Positions 37,927-47,500 of a DNA stretch of 64,000 nucleotides are shown here, piece after piece; the stretch's first letter is position 1, and each line of letters begins with the position of its first letter. The translations under genes and the position numbers were made by a program. This stretch comes from a virus, in the IMG/VR virus record IMGVR_UViG_3300045988_183322; one strand, 5' to 3'. Below the pieces are notes generated by a model, which worked only from the letters and a program-made list of their open reading frames with translations, had not been told where the DNA came from and made no database searches.

Positions 37927-38565
37927 TTAAAAATCCCAGCTAAATCCTGCCTCAATGGCATGCCATACAAGAGCATTTGAACCCGCAATCATACACTCGT
38001 ACCCTAGCACGAATTTTACATGTTCGCTGATTGCAAAATTGAATCCTGCATTAGCAGTAAACATTCCCACAATCTGGCTTACCTTCGCTCCTTTGGTCAA
38101 ATTAAAGCTTCCCCGGCTCTCTATACTCGTAAAGGCTATGCCTCCTTTCACGCCAAGATAGAAAGAAGCGGCGTCAGACATGGGAAGGTAGAGAGTATAT
38201 CCACCCAAAACAGGAATCAGTTTTCTCTTCTGATGAAGGGTTCCATAGTAGGTAGCTTCAAAATTATCACTCCCTGTCATATAACCTGACATTAATGAAA
38301 ATTGATGAATAACAGATTCAGTAGCTACGTTTTGATGAATGTCCAAGAGAGCACCCGCTAAGTTCGGTTGGTACAATTCAGAAGTCCAAGCATAAACCCC
38401 TTTTACTCCTATACCAAAACCGGATTGTTCGTAAGCTTGACTGTAAGACCTCGATTTCTTCTGAGAACTACCAGCCCAATAGTATTCCCAAGGATTATCA
38501 TAAGCGTGTGCGGTACATGAGAGGCCCAGAAGCCCCAAACTGGCTATGATGGTTTTCGTGTTCAT
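37927..38565 (-). CDS. outer-membrane beta-barrel protein (OmpA-like N-terminal / OMP_b-brl family) (cargo)
   Basis: It has a signal peptide (MNTKTIIASLGLLGLSCTAHA) and alternating aromatic/hydrophobic beta-strands. The C-terminus ends FSWDF, the terminal aromatic signature of beta-barrel OMPs. Confidence 0.55.
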   Translation of the reverse strand: MNTKTIIASLGLLGLSCTAHAYDNPWEYYWAGSSQKKSRSYSQAYEQSGFGIGVKGVYAWTSELYQPNLAGALLDIHQNVATESVIHQFSLMSGYMTGSDNFEATYYGTLHQKRKLIPVLGGYTLYLPMSDAASFYLGVKGGIAFTSIESRGSFNLTKGAKVSQIVGMFTANAGFNFAISEHVKFVLGYECMIAGSNALVWHAIEAGFSWDF

Positions 38566-38720
38566 GATGTTTTTAGGTCAATATGTTCTCTGAATACGGC
38601 CTCACAATAGAAGAATCCATATCTTCATTGAAGGCTAATGTCATTCATTGTGGTTAAATTAGACATTCATTGAGCGATTGTCAATCATGCTATGCTCAAA
38701 ATCTTTGATTCATCATCACA

Positions 38721-39095
38721 ATGAGCAAAGTTCCTTACATGGAAGAACCTCTTGTGAATATTTTAGAGTTAGGACGTTGGATGACGGAAAATCAGATAAG
38801 CCGAGCAACATTGGCTTCGGCTATTGGCATGAACAGAAGTGCCATTGATAACTATTTTGTCCGTAAAAAGCTTCCTAGGCACGCTCAAATCCTCATTAAA
38901 AGATTCATGGACGGTCAGGAAGCCGTCTTTGCCTCAAATGAGATAACTTCCCTCATTACTATCCCTCTTAGCAACCGAGTAATTAATCTTGCCATGAAAG
39001 CCGCCGTTGAAAAAAACGTCACGATGGAAGAGTTTGTGGGGTGGGCTGTTGAAAGGACGGCAAAGAAAATTGTGGAGGGAAGCGGGTGTAATTAG
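38721..39095 (+). CDS. putative HTH DNA-binding regulator (cargo)
   Basis: The helix-turn-helix-like segment is ISRATLASAIGMNRSAIDNYF. A truncated paralog lies at 40295. Confidence 0.35.
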   Translation: MSKVPYMEEPLVNILELGRWMTENQISRATLASAIGMNRSAIDNYFVRKKLPRHAQILIKRFMDGQEAVFASNEITSLITIPLSNRVINLAMKAAVEKNVTMEEFVGWAVERTAKKIVEGSGCN

Positions 39096-39175
39096 AAAGA
39101 AAGGGGGGCTAATTTCTATGTCTGCAGTTAAGCTTTTTAGATTGAATCACTCTAAAAGCTAGTATAGAAGAACGC

Positions 39176-39451
39176 ATGACTATTACTGCGGCGTTTATGC
39201 AAAAACAAGGGATAAATTTCGTAGTTATCCCTGTTAAATATAGGGCGATGGATACTCCTGAAAAAGCAAAAAGAACTATTGAGGGATTTCGTTCAGCGAT
39301 AGCAAATTTTTCAGAGCTTCCTCTGATTTTAGCCACTCAGAATTCACATGGAGACTCTGTATATTGGGGAGAACCGCGCGTGGTAAGGATGCTTCGGAAC
39401 ATGTCTGTTTCTGAATTTTCTTGGAAGGAGTACAAACTCGAACGTAGATAA
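39176..39451 (+). CDS. hypothetical protein (cargo)
   Basis: A 91 aa ORF inside the element. Its coding status is uncertain. Confidence 0.2.
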   Translation: MTITAAFMQKQGINFVVIPVKYRAMDTPEKAKRTIEGFRSAIANFSELPLILATQNSHGDSVYWGEPRVVRMLRNMSVSEFSWKEYKLERR

Positions 39452-39547
39452 AATCATCTTCTTTACATTCAACCATAGCAATTCCCAAATCTTTATCTCC
39501 ATCTATATTACACCAAAAGGTGCATAAGCATATCTCATGATGCGCGG

Positions 39548-39568
39548 CTACTTAAGTATATAGGTTCC
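39548..39568. repeat. right terminal inverted repeat
   Basis: It is the reverse complement of 34870-34890 and is followed by the TSD ATAAATAT (39569-39576). Confidence 0.8.
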
Positions 39569-39727
39569 ATAAATATACTTAAAGAACGTCTTTATTCTGA
39601 CTTTACTTATTGTTTCTTTGATGGAGATGCGTCATTAACACCTGATAAAGCGAAAGAGAGAATTGTCGCAAATTTAGAATTTGATTATTTAGTTAAAGAA
39701 GGATTGGCAGCAGTTGTAGAATTATAA
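39569..39727 (+). pseudogene. 3' portion of the interrupted small phage ORF
   Basis: ...INILKERLYSDFTYCFFDGDASLTPDKAKERIVANLEFDYLVKEGLAAVVEL* continues the frame of 34751-34869 across the target duplication. Confidence 0.55.
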
Positions 39728-39742
39728 TAAGATGCCTTTAGT

Positions 39743-40237
39743 ATGCAATCTATCATGTCCAATAATGCGTATAGAACTTATGTTGAAGTTATGAAGGACG
39801 CACCAAAGAATGCGTATTTTTATAATGATTCTACAGACGATGCAAAAATTGTTTTAGCTCAATTCATCAATGCGGCCACATTTTCTGTTCGTATTTTTGC
39901 TCGAAGCTTGAACCATGAAATTTATGCTGATAAGGGTGTATTTTTAGCTATTAAACGCGCTCTCAAAAAAGGCGTCCGTTTTACAGTAATGATTCAGGCT
40001 GAACAAGCAGATGCATTAAGTTCTAAGCTCATTAATTTATTTTGTAAGTTTAAGGACTCGGTTGATTATCAAACAAAAAAGGGAGTAGGTTTATCCGCTA
40101 ATGTTTGTACTGTCGATGACAGAATGTTTCGATATGAGTATGCTCCTGATAAACGCAAAGCTAAAGCTTCTTGGAATGATAGAGATACAGTAAAGAAACT
40201 CAATCTTGCCTTGGATAATATTAAGCAAGCTATTTAA
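39743..40237 (+). CDS. hypothetical protein
   Basis: A 164 aa ORF between the insertion and the tail operon end. Confidence 0.3.
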   Translation: MQSIMSNNAYRTYVEVMKDAPKNAYFYNDSTDDAKIVLAQFINAATFSVRIFARSLNHEIYADKGVFLAIKRALKKGVRFTVMIQAEQADALSSKLINLFCKFKDSVDYQTKKGVGLSANVCTVDDRMFRYEYAPDKRKAKASWNDRDTVKKLNLALDNIKQAI

Positions 40238-40294
40238 TATCATAAATAACCCGGATTCTTCCATTCATCATCCTGATAGGAGAAAATTGCCCGC

Positions 40295-40426
40295 ATGGAC
40301 GAGAAACGCCCGCTGGATATTCAGACTTTGGGAAGGTGGTTAGAAGAGAACAAAGTGTCTCGCACCGAACTCGCTTTACCATCGGAAGCAATCATTTTCA
40401 ACTGTACGATTTTTTCGTACAGTTGA
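40295..40426 (+). pseudogene. truncated paralog (43 codons) of the HTH gene at 38721
   Basis: MDEKRPLDIQTLGRWLEENKVSRTELAL aligns with MEEPLVNILELGRWMTENQISRATLAS. It lies in a short GC-richer patch outside the right IR. Its 3' end runs into the 40399-40425 hairpin. Confidence 0.3.
40399..40425. terminator. perfect 11 bp stem-loop (CAACTGTACGA-ttttt-TCGTACAGTTG) downstream of the minus-strand tail operon
   Basis: A perfect inverted repeat lies 32 bp after the stop of the 760 aa gene. There is no flanking U-tract, so it may be a processing or attenuation hairpin. Confidence 0.4.
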
Positions 40427-40456
40427 CTAAACCCTTCTTCATGATAAAGAATTTTC

Positions 40457-42739
40457 TTATTGATAAGAACTCTCTTGGCATTCTTCTCCACTAGGTGGTT
40501 CACTTCCCTTATAAACTAATTTCCATTCATCAATAGCTTCTTCATCAGAAGAAAACTTTTTATATCCTAATTGAGATGCATTTTTTGAATCACAAAAAAT
40601 TTCATCTGCTCTTAAAATTTGCCACCTTCTCCCATATTCGTCTTCGTATTCTCCCCCATCATATTCTTGTTTTTTGAACCAAGACGGTTTTTCTTCTTTT
40701 AAGATTGCCCTTTTTGCTCTCGAAGAATTTTTAAAAGGATTATATGGAGTCATCCATGTCATATTAACTTGCCACCCTCTTCCCGTGGCTTGTTGTATTG
40801 CTTCTAACACACTTTGATTCTCTTTATAAGTATTTTCCATGCCCAACGTAAGAATCCATTTAGCGCTTGTCCCTAAAGATGTATCTTTTTGTTGTAGACT
40901 TTTGAGAATGCTTACAGCGGAAGGTAAATCAACTCGGCAATTGATGAATGCATTAGTTCCATCTATTAAATTTGGCAAAGTGAGATATTCATAAATACCA
41001 CTTCCGTCAGTATTTTTAGCTTGCGGTCTTCCGCTCACATATATGCAATTCCCATCTTCATCTATTGGGTATCTAAATGTTCTTATAAAAGCATATCCAA
41101 AAGCATTACTTGCATATTTTACAAGAGGAAAAGGAGAATTAAACTCTTTCATTTTTTCTGAATGAAAAAGGAAATTATTTATATTTGATATCTTAGTTGT
41201 ATTATGCTTAAATTCAGTAAAACCACATCTCTCTCCCATATAGCTTAAAGAGGTGATATTACTGAAATCCATATCTATTTTTTGAAGTTTAGCGCATATA
41301 TAAGCTAACGTTGATGCAGAAGTGGAATTATGCCTCTTAATAATTAATTTTTTAAGAGATGTACAATTTCTAAATAAACTATTGATATTAGTACACTTCG
41401 GTAGGTCTACTATAGCTTCTTCAATCGAAGTACATGGATAAAACATTTCATTCGCTGTAGTACAATTTGGAAGATATAAACTAATTTTCTTTAAATTATT
41501 TGCGCCCCTAAACATTCTATTAGCATTCACTAATTTTGGGCATGAACTAACGAACTTTTCTAATGTATTTTCGCTTGGATATGTTAGATAATCAAATAAA
41601 GAAGTTCCATTTTCTAAATTATCAAGTTCCCAATCCCAAACTCCATTTTGTAAATCTGTTCTATAACTTTCATTAATATTTAGAATTTCACTTCTATTTT
41701 TAGCTGGAATATATTTTTCATATCTTTTTCTTGTGGTAATCCCCTTGCGAATATCACTAATTGTTTCTGTTGGTACTACAACATTAAAACTGTAAGATAT
41801 ATTCATAAGTCCATCAACATTTTCTTCAATACTAACACTATTTAATGTCGTATTATAAAAATTTATAGATGTTCGTATTGGAGCATTATTTTTAGATGGT
41901 TCATCATGTATTATTCGGAAGTCCTTCAATAAAGATTTTGCATTTCTTAAATATTCCGTAGTAAAATCTTTGCTTTTTAAATCACTTACGGTATTAATAG
42001 TTAAAGTACAATTCGATGAACTTTCTGCTTTATTAATTTTTGGGGCCAAAAAATTATTTGTACTATTTGGAATGTCTATTTTTCTTGAAAAAGTATATTT
42101 TATTTTTCTATCGATATTTAAGTCAATTGAAAAAGAAGATACTGGTTGATTAAATAATCCATCAGAGCTATATAAATTAAGTTTATAAGCTAATCCAATA
42201 TTTTTAGGCACTAAGCTTAAATTATTTTCAGCATCTTCTTTAATTTCTATTCTTTTCCCTTCAATATTACTTCCTGAAAATCCTAAATTATGATTTATTA
42301 AACCTCCAGCCTCAATAGAAAGAGAATAAGAATTAATGTAGCAATTATCAATTTTTAATCCGTATACATCATGTTTTTCTCCCATAGAAGCCATTTCGAC
42401 TGCTCTGATTAAATCATCATAATCATTTGTATCATTTAATAAAATAAAAATATTTATTGGAGAATTAATATCATTGAAAATTTGACGTTCTATCTCATTT
42501 GGAGAATTAAAAAAATATAATTCTTCATTTATTATATTATCTTTACCTAAAATTTCGATGGAAGTTTCGACCGTGGGGGCAGTCAGTACCTCTTGCCTTT
42601 TTTCGTAAGTACCAGATTGACTGATGGTTGATACATTCGTACTTACATTCACATCCAAAGATTGAACTAATGGAACATAATATTGTATTCCATCGTTCCC
42701 CCAAGCTACTAATATATCATCTCTTCTCGTAAATTTCAT
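40457..42739 (-). CDS. tail protein with BspA-type leucine-rich repeats (candidate receptor-binding protein)
   Basis: The C-terminal half has repeated F..C.sL..I.lP..vt.I motifs (KISLYLPNCTTANEMFYPCTSIEEAIVDLPKCTNINSLFRNCTSLKKLII; FSNITSLSYMGE), as in Bacteroidota BspA-like LRRs. It is the last gene of the TMP operon. Confidence 0.5.
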   Translation of the reverse strand: MKFTRRDDILVAWGNDGIQYYVPLVQSLDVNVSTNVSTISQSGTYEKRQEVLTAPTVETSIEILGKDNIINEELYFFNSPNEIERQIFNDINSPINIFILLNDTNDYDDLIRAVEMASMGEKHDVYGLKIDNCYINSYSLSIEAGGLINHNLGFSGSNIEGKRIEIKEDAENNLSLVPKNIGLAYKLNLYSSDGLFNQPVSSFSIDLNIDRKIKYTFSRKIDIPNSTNNFLAPKINKAESSSNCTLTINTVSDLKSKDFTTEYLRNAKSLLKDFRIIHDEPSKNNAPIRTSINFYNTTLNSVSIEENVDGLMNISYSFNVVVPTETISDIRKGITTRKRYEKYIPAKNRSEILNINESYRTDLQNGVWDWELDNLENGTSLFDYLTYPSENTLEKFVSSCPKLVNANRMFRGANNLKKISLYLPNCTTANEMFYPCTSIEEAIVDLPKCTNINSLFRNCTSLKKLIIKRHNSTSASTLAYICAKLQKIDMDFSNITSLSYMGERCGFTEFKHNTTKISNINNFLFHSEKMKEFNSPFPLVKYASNAFGYAFIRTFRYPIDEDGNCIYVSGRPQAKNTDGSGIYEYLTLPNLIDGTNAFINCRVDLPSAVSILKSLQQKDTSLGTSAKWILTLGMENTYKENQSVLEAIQQATGRGWQVNMTWMTPYNPFKNSSRAKRAILKEEKPSWFKKQEYDGGEYEDEYGRRWQILRADEIFCDSKNASQLGYKKFSSDEEAIDEWKLVYKGSEPPSGEECQESSYQ

Positions 42740-43698
42740 TATTTATAATTTCTTGGAGCGTGGTTTTGATTAATTGATATATTTAAGGAATGATAATCAC
42801 CAACATTCCATACATGAGTCCATTTTTGAGTATTCCACCAATATGAATCATTTTCTATTTGTGGAATTCTAAAATTTTTATATCCGTATTGATGTTCCAA
42901 AAAATGAAGGCAACAAAGAAGCTGTTTCTTCTCTAAAGAAGGGATGTTTACAGATACATCTTGAAAATCGTATGTTTGTTCTCCTTTCCATGCTCGGACA
43001 GGATAGGATTCTTTGAAATCATTAATGTAATAATCAGGCGATAATTGTCTTTCAAATGGGGTGATGACTTCCAAAGGAAGAACATACTTTTTTCCTTCTG
43101 CTTTAGCCGCATCTACTATATCTCCATTATATTTTTCTATCAAATCTGTATCAATTACTTCATCAAGCATATAATAAAATACTTTATCTGAATAAACTAT
43201 ATCATATTTTTCAAGATTATTTTTTGTTCCATTATCATTTTCATCAAAAGTGCGCACATTTATAAAAAATGAATCTCTCCATTTTGTTATAGTTGAAGCA
43301 GTATCAGTGACTAAAGCTAATGATAAATTTATTCTCCCATTTTCTGCATTAGTTATTGTTAAATTATCTATGTATAAAAGCATTTCTTTCAGAATCCCAC
43401 TTGGGTCGATATAAGAAGATGGGGTCATCACCGTATTAACTTGATTCATTTTAAGATTGTGAATCATATTATCTGCCTCATCTTCTGATAAATCAAAAGT
43501 TAAATTAGCATTTATTCTAGTAGAGTTTACCCCTTGAGCTGAAATTTGATATGATTTATCAAAAATATTTGACGAGAATACCCCACAGAACCAATTAAAC
43601 TCTGCTTGGACAGGAACTAGTCTATAATTATAATCTTTTGATACTAAAAATCCTACTTTATTATCTTTATTATCGATTGGATTTAATGGGGTTGTCAT
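42739..43698 (-). CDS. tail or baseplate protein
   Basis: A 319 aa ORF in the block downstream of the tape measure. The assignment is positional only. Confidence 0.3.
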   Translation of the reverse strand: MTTPLNPIDNKDNKVGFLVSKDYNYRLVPVQAEFNWFCGVFSSNIFDKSYQISAQGVNSTRINANLTFDLSEDEADNMIHNLKMNQVNTVMTPSSYIDPSGILKEMLLYIDNLTITNAENGRINLSLALVTDTASTITKWRDSFFINVRTFDENDNGTKNNLEKYDIVYSDKVFYYMLDEVIDTDLIEKYNGDIVDAAKAEGKKYVLPLEVITPFERQLSPDYYINDFKESYPVRAWKGEQTYDFQDVSVNIPSLEKKQLLCCLHFLEHQYGYKNFRIPQIENDSYWWNTQKWTHVWNVGDYHSLNISINQNHAPRNYK

Positions 43699-44564
43699 TA
43701 TACTATAGTTTTACTTCCTAAAAAATCTATTCCAAATAGTAAATAATCTGAATCAGAAATACTCGTGCTCAAACTATTTAATTTAGAATTCTTCAAAAAA
43801 TAGTCATTATTTTCATCAAATTTTTCTGATTGTATTCTCACTCCTAAAATTTCATTCCGCTGATTTAAATACTTTTCAATTAAATCTATATTTCCTCTAA
43901 ATGGGAAATCTGAAAGAGAAGAAGTATATCCAGATGCCGAAAATTGTTGATTTATTAGTGGAGATTCAAGAACAATCATTTTGTCTTTCCAATTTATCGG
44001 CCATCTTATAAGAACATTTTTCCTTTCAGAAAAATTCATAGTAAAAATTGCTTCATCATCAAATATATCTAAGTATGGGATTATCCTATCCATCTTAGGT
44101 ATTTCCTTCTCTTCTGTTTCCGAGTTTCTTTTAAGAATTGCCGTCCATTTCTCTGGGGCATAAACCTTTTTTCCCACGAATGATGCTGATAATAATGGAA
44201 TTTCTCCCGGGTTCAATGATAAAGAATACTCAGTCATTACTACATCAAAATTAGCCCCATTCACATTCATTAGTGTTTCGCCTTGGATTAAATCATCAAA
44301 AGATGCTTCTACTAATGCGGCGGTATGTTGACCTATGAAATAATCCAGCAATTTTTCATTGAATGTTAATGGTTTTTCTATAGAAAAGCTTATAGTTGGC
44401 GCCCCATTTGGAATAGTTTGTGATAATCCTCCTAATAAAGCACCTGTTGAATTAGAAAAGTCATTAGTCATCGATATGACATTAACATCTTTCCAAAAAT
44501 CGGAAATTTCCCCATTTTCTTCCCCAATGCAAAATATTATATTATTGATATTTAACGCATTCAT
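43698..44564 (-). CDS. distal tail protein-like
   Basis: A 288 aa ORF immediately downstream of the tape-measure gene, with stop/start overlap. The assignment is positional only. Confidence 0.3.
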   Translation of the reverse strand: MNALNINNIIFCIGEENGEISDFWKDVNVISMTNDFSNSTGALLGGLSQTIPNGAPTISFSIEKPLTFNEKLLDYFIGQHTAALVEASFDDLIQGETLMNVNGANFDVVMTEYSLSLNPGEIPLLSASFVGKKVYAPEKWTAILKRNSETEEKEIPKMDRIIPYLDIFDDEAIFTMNFSERKNVLIRWPINWKDKMIVLESPLINQQFSASGYTSSLSDFPFRGNIDLIEKYLNQRNEILGVRIQSEKFDENNDYFLKNSKLNSLSTSISDSDYLLFGIDFLGSKTIV

Positions 44565-47500
44565 TATGCCTTAGTCGTGTTCAACATGCCACCTACTCTT
44601 TTTTCCTCAAGTATAGTGCTTCGGACAACTTCCTTAATCCTTTGGGCAAGTCTTTGATTATCTTCTGATGTCTCGCCCTGTTGAGATTCTTGGGTTCCAC
44701 CTGTGCTATTGTCTGTTATATTGATTGTAATATTTCCAGTTGAAGTTTCGAAAGCTTCTTTGACAACTGTAATCATTTCATCAAATTTATCAATAAGCTT
44801 CGAAAAATCCATTCCAACAGGCCCAGAAGTTTGACTTCCTCCATCATTAGCAAATGATACACGGTTATTGTTCAAAGCATCTAAGAATGGCGTTCCAATG
44901 TTACGAGCGACATCTCTACTGATAACGTATTCGCCATTCATGGCATTTATAGGCGTAGTATCACGCCCAGCAGTTCCAGATGTAATAGGACCACCAGAAG
45001 CTCTCTGTTTTTCAAGCTTCTTCATGCCAAAAATTCCTCGAAGTATATTAACTTGGTCACTCCCTCTTGGCCCATTACCAAATGCCCCTTGAAACTCTTG
45101 AATTCCTTTCCCCCAAGATGAATTACCTCCACCAAAAAGTCCAGCTAATCCCCATGTGCTATTGCCTCCTATCCCGCCAGTAATATAATTAAGACCAATC
45201 ATAGCCCCCATGCCTATAATTGATTTCCACATGCTTTTCTTACGTTTTTTTCTTTCTTTCTCTAAAGCATCAGCTTGTTTCTGTTCTTGGTCTGCAAGAT
45301 TAAATGCTTCACGCTTATCAGCTTCCGTAGTTTGATTTTCTACTGTATCGGCATTTCTTCCATACGCAGAAATTCTCCAGCTCTCATTTTCTAATCCAAT
45401 CACTCCACCTGTGTCATTTTGCTTGATAACATCGTATTGACCAGACGTAAATGATTGAGTAGCAAATGATTTTAAATTATTTCTTCCTACAATCGAACCA
45501 TAACCATATTTTCCGGGAGAATAAAATCCATTATTTCCACCAGTATTGCTTTTACTTGTATCAGTAGGATAACCGCCATTATCTAAATACCATCTTTCCG
45601 AGTTTCTTCCTTTAACATAGCCACCAGTAGCAAACTTGCTGACTTTACCAGAATTGAGCATGTCTAAATAATCTTTACCAACTCTGGAAACTACGTCTTT
45701 CTTTAAAACATATTCGCCACCAGTCAATAAAGCTGGAACATCATCTCTTACGCCAGAACCTCCGACGACTTGGCCGCCCTCAGCAAAAAGATTAGTCAAC
45801 CAACTAAATATTCCTCCTCCCATACCACTTTGAGAAGAATAAATAGCGGGTGTCGATTGTTGACCCCCACTTCCTAATCCAGCCACCCCGCTAAACATAT
45901 TGGAAATTAAACTATTTAAACCATGCTTAATTATTTGGTTGGCTACATTCGTAACCATATCTGTCATAGCATCTTCGAAGCTTTTCGCGCCAGTAATAGC
46001 ATCTGTGAAAACATCAACAAAACCATCTTTAATTGTTCCAATCATTTTACCCATATTTTCTTCTAGCCGTTTGGCATCATCGGACATTTGGGCTAATGAT
46101 TCGCTCCAACCTTCGTTGAATGTTTTGAACTCCAATCTTTTATTAAATTGTTCTTGAATTTTTAATAAATCTTCTTTTCCTGCATCTCCTTTCTTCAACG
46201 CCTCTTCCATAGCCTGTTGATAGGTCATATTTTCATAACCTTTAATATTTTTAGGCCCTTCATTATTAATATTTACTTGTCGTTGATAAGAATATTTTTC
46301 TGCCGCTGTAGCCGCAGTGATAGCTTTATTTCCTATAATCGTAAATCTCTCTAAGAATTTTTGAGCTTCATTAACAGCCTTTTTGTAATTAATTTGTGCT
46401 TCTGTAGCTTTAGTGGTAGCATCATTATTTTTTAACAAATCAGCATTGGCCTTGCCAAGTGCATCAATTTGTTCCTCTGTTTTTTCTTTTTGTTTAGATA
46501 CTATTTCTGTGGCTTTAGTGGTAGCATCTGTTAAATCAGACATAGCTACCGCTGTTGTCTCTACATCTTCTATATAACCTTCAAATGGGTTCAAATCATC
46601 ATCAGAAGGAATGTCCGTTGGTCCTCCTGCATTAACAATTCCTATTCCATTATACGAAGTTTGAGAGTTTCTTTCTCGTGCAAGCGATTGAATAGAAGAA
46701 CCTCTTATATTTTCCAATTCTCTTGGATTTTTATCTACAATTTTATCTACGGCCTTATCAAATTCATTGATAGCCGTTTTAAATATCTCATTAAATTTCC
46801 CAAAATCATCAACTGAACTCTTAAAAATATCGGTTGATTTTAATCCCAATACTTCCTGTTCTGCTAAAGCTCTACCAATTATATTGGCTAATTCATCATT
46901 AGATTTTCTACTATCAAATTGTTGTACTATTTCAGCGCGTTTTCCGACATCTTCTATTCTATTAGTAGCCTCCAGAAGACTTCTCCGTTGTTCAAGATTG
47001 GCTTGAGCAACCTCCATTTGTCCAATAGCTAATTCTTTATTAGCTTTATTTAATAAATCAAAGCCTCGAACAACTTCTTTAACCTCATCCGGTAAAAGAA
47101 GTATATCTGATTCTAAATCAACATCTTCTTTTTCCATATTCAAACGCATTTTAGTGATAGCATCAGAAGTTTGTTTAATTTTTGCCGAGAAACTAGTAAG
47201 TTGAATATTGACTCTCTGATTTAATGCGTTTCCTAGTAAAGTAAATTGCTCTTGGAGCTTTTTAATAGATTCTTGAGCTTTTTGAGTACTTATATCATAA
47301 GTTTTCCCGTACATAGAAAAACTTTGTTGTCTTCTAGCATTCTCTTCGATAGAATTGGGCGTTACAATATTAAGAGTCTTATCAAAAGCTTTTTGTAATT
47401 CTGACAATAAACTTTGTGAGAATTTTGTAATATTATCTCCTTCAAAACTTCTCTTGCCACTAAGGGTATTTGTAACAGAAGGGAGATTTTTTAATAAACT

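Larger units (their letters stand above)
34870..39568. mobile_element. 4.7 kb IS1595-family transposon-like element with cargo genes, perfect 21 bp terminal inverted repeats and an 8 bp target-site duplication
   Basis: The left IR ggaacctatatacttaagtag (34870-34890) is the exact reverse complement of the right IR ctacttaagtatataggttcc (39548-39568). Flanking direct repeats ATAAATAT lie at 34862-34869 and 39569-39576. The interior is visibly GC-richer than the phage backbone. It encodes an ISXO2-like DDE transposase. Confidence 0.75.

Noticed and set aside
40457-42739. Diversity-generating retroelement targeting the LRR tail protein
   Set aside because: No reverse-transcriptase ORF (no YxDD-containing protein) and no template/variable repeat pair were detectable in the window.
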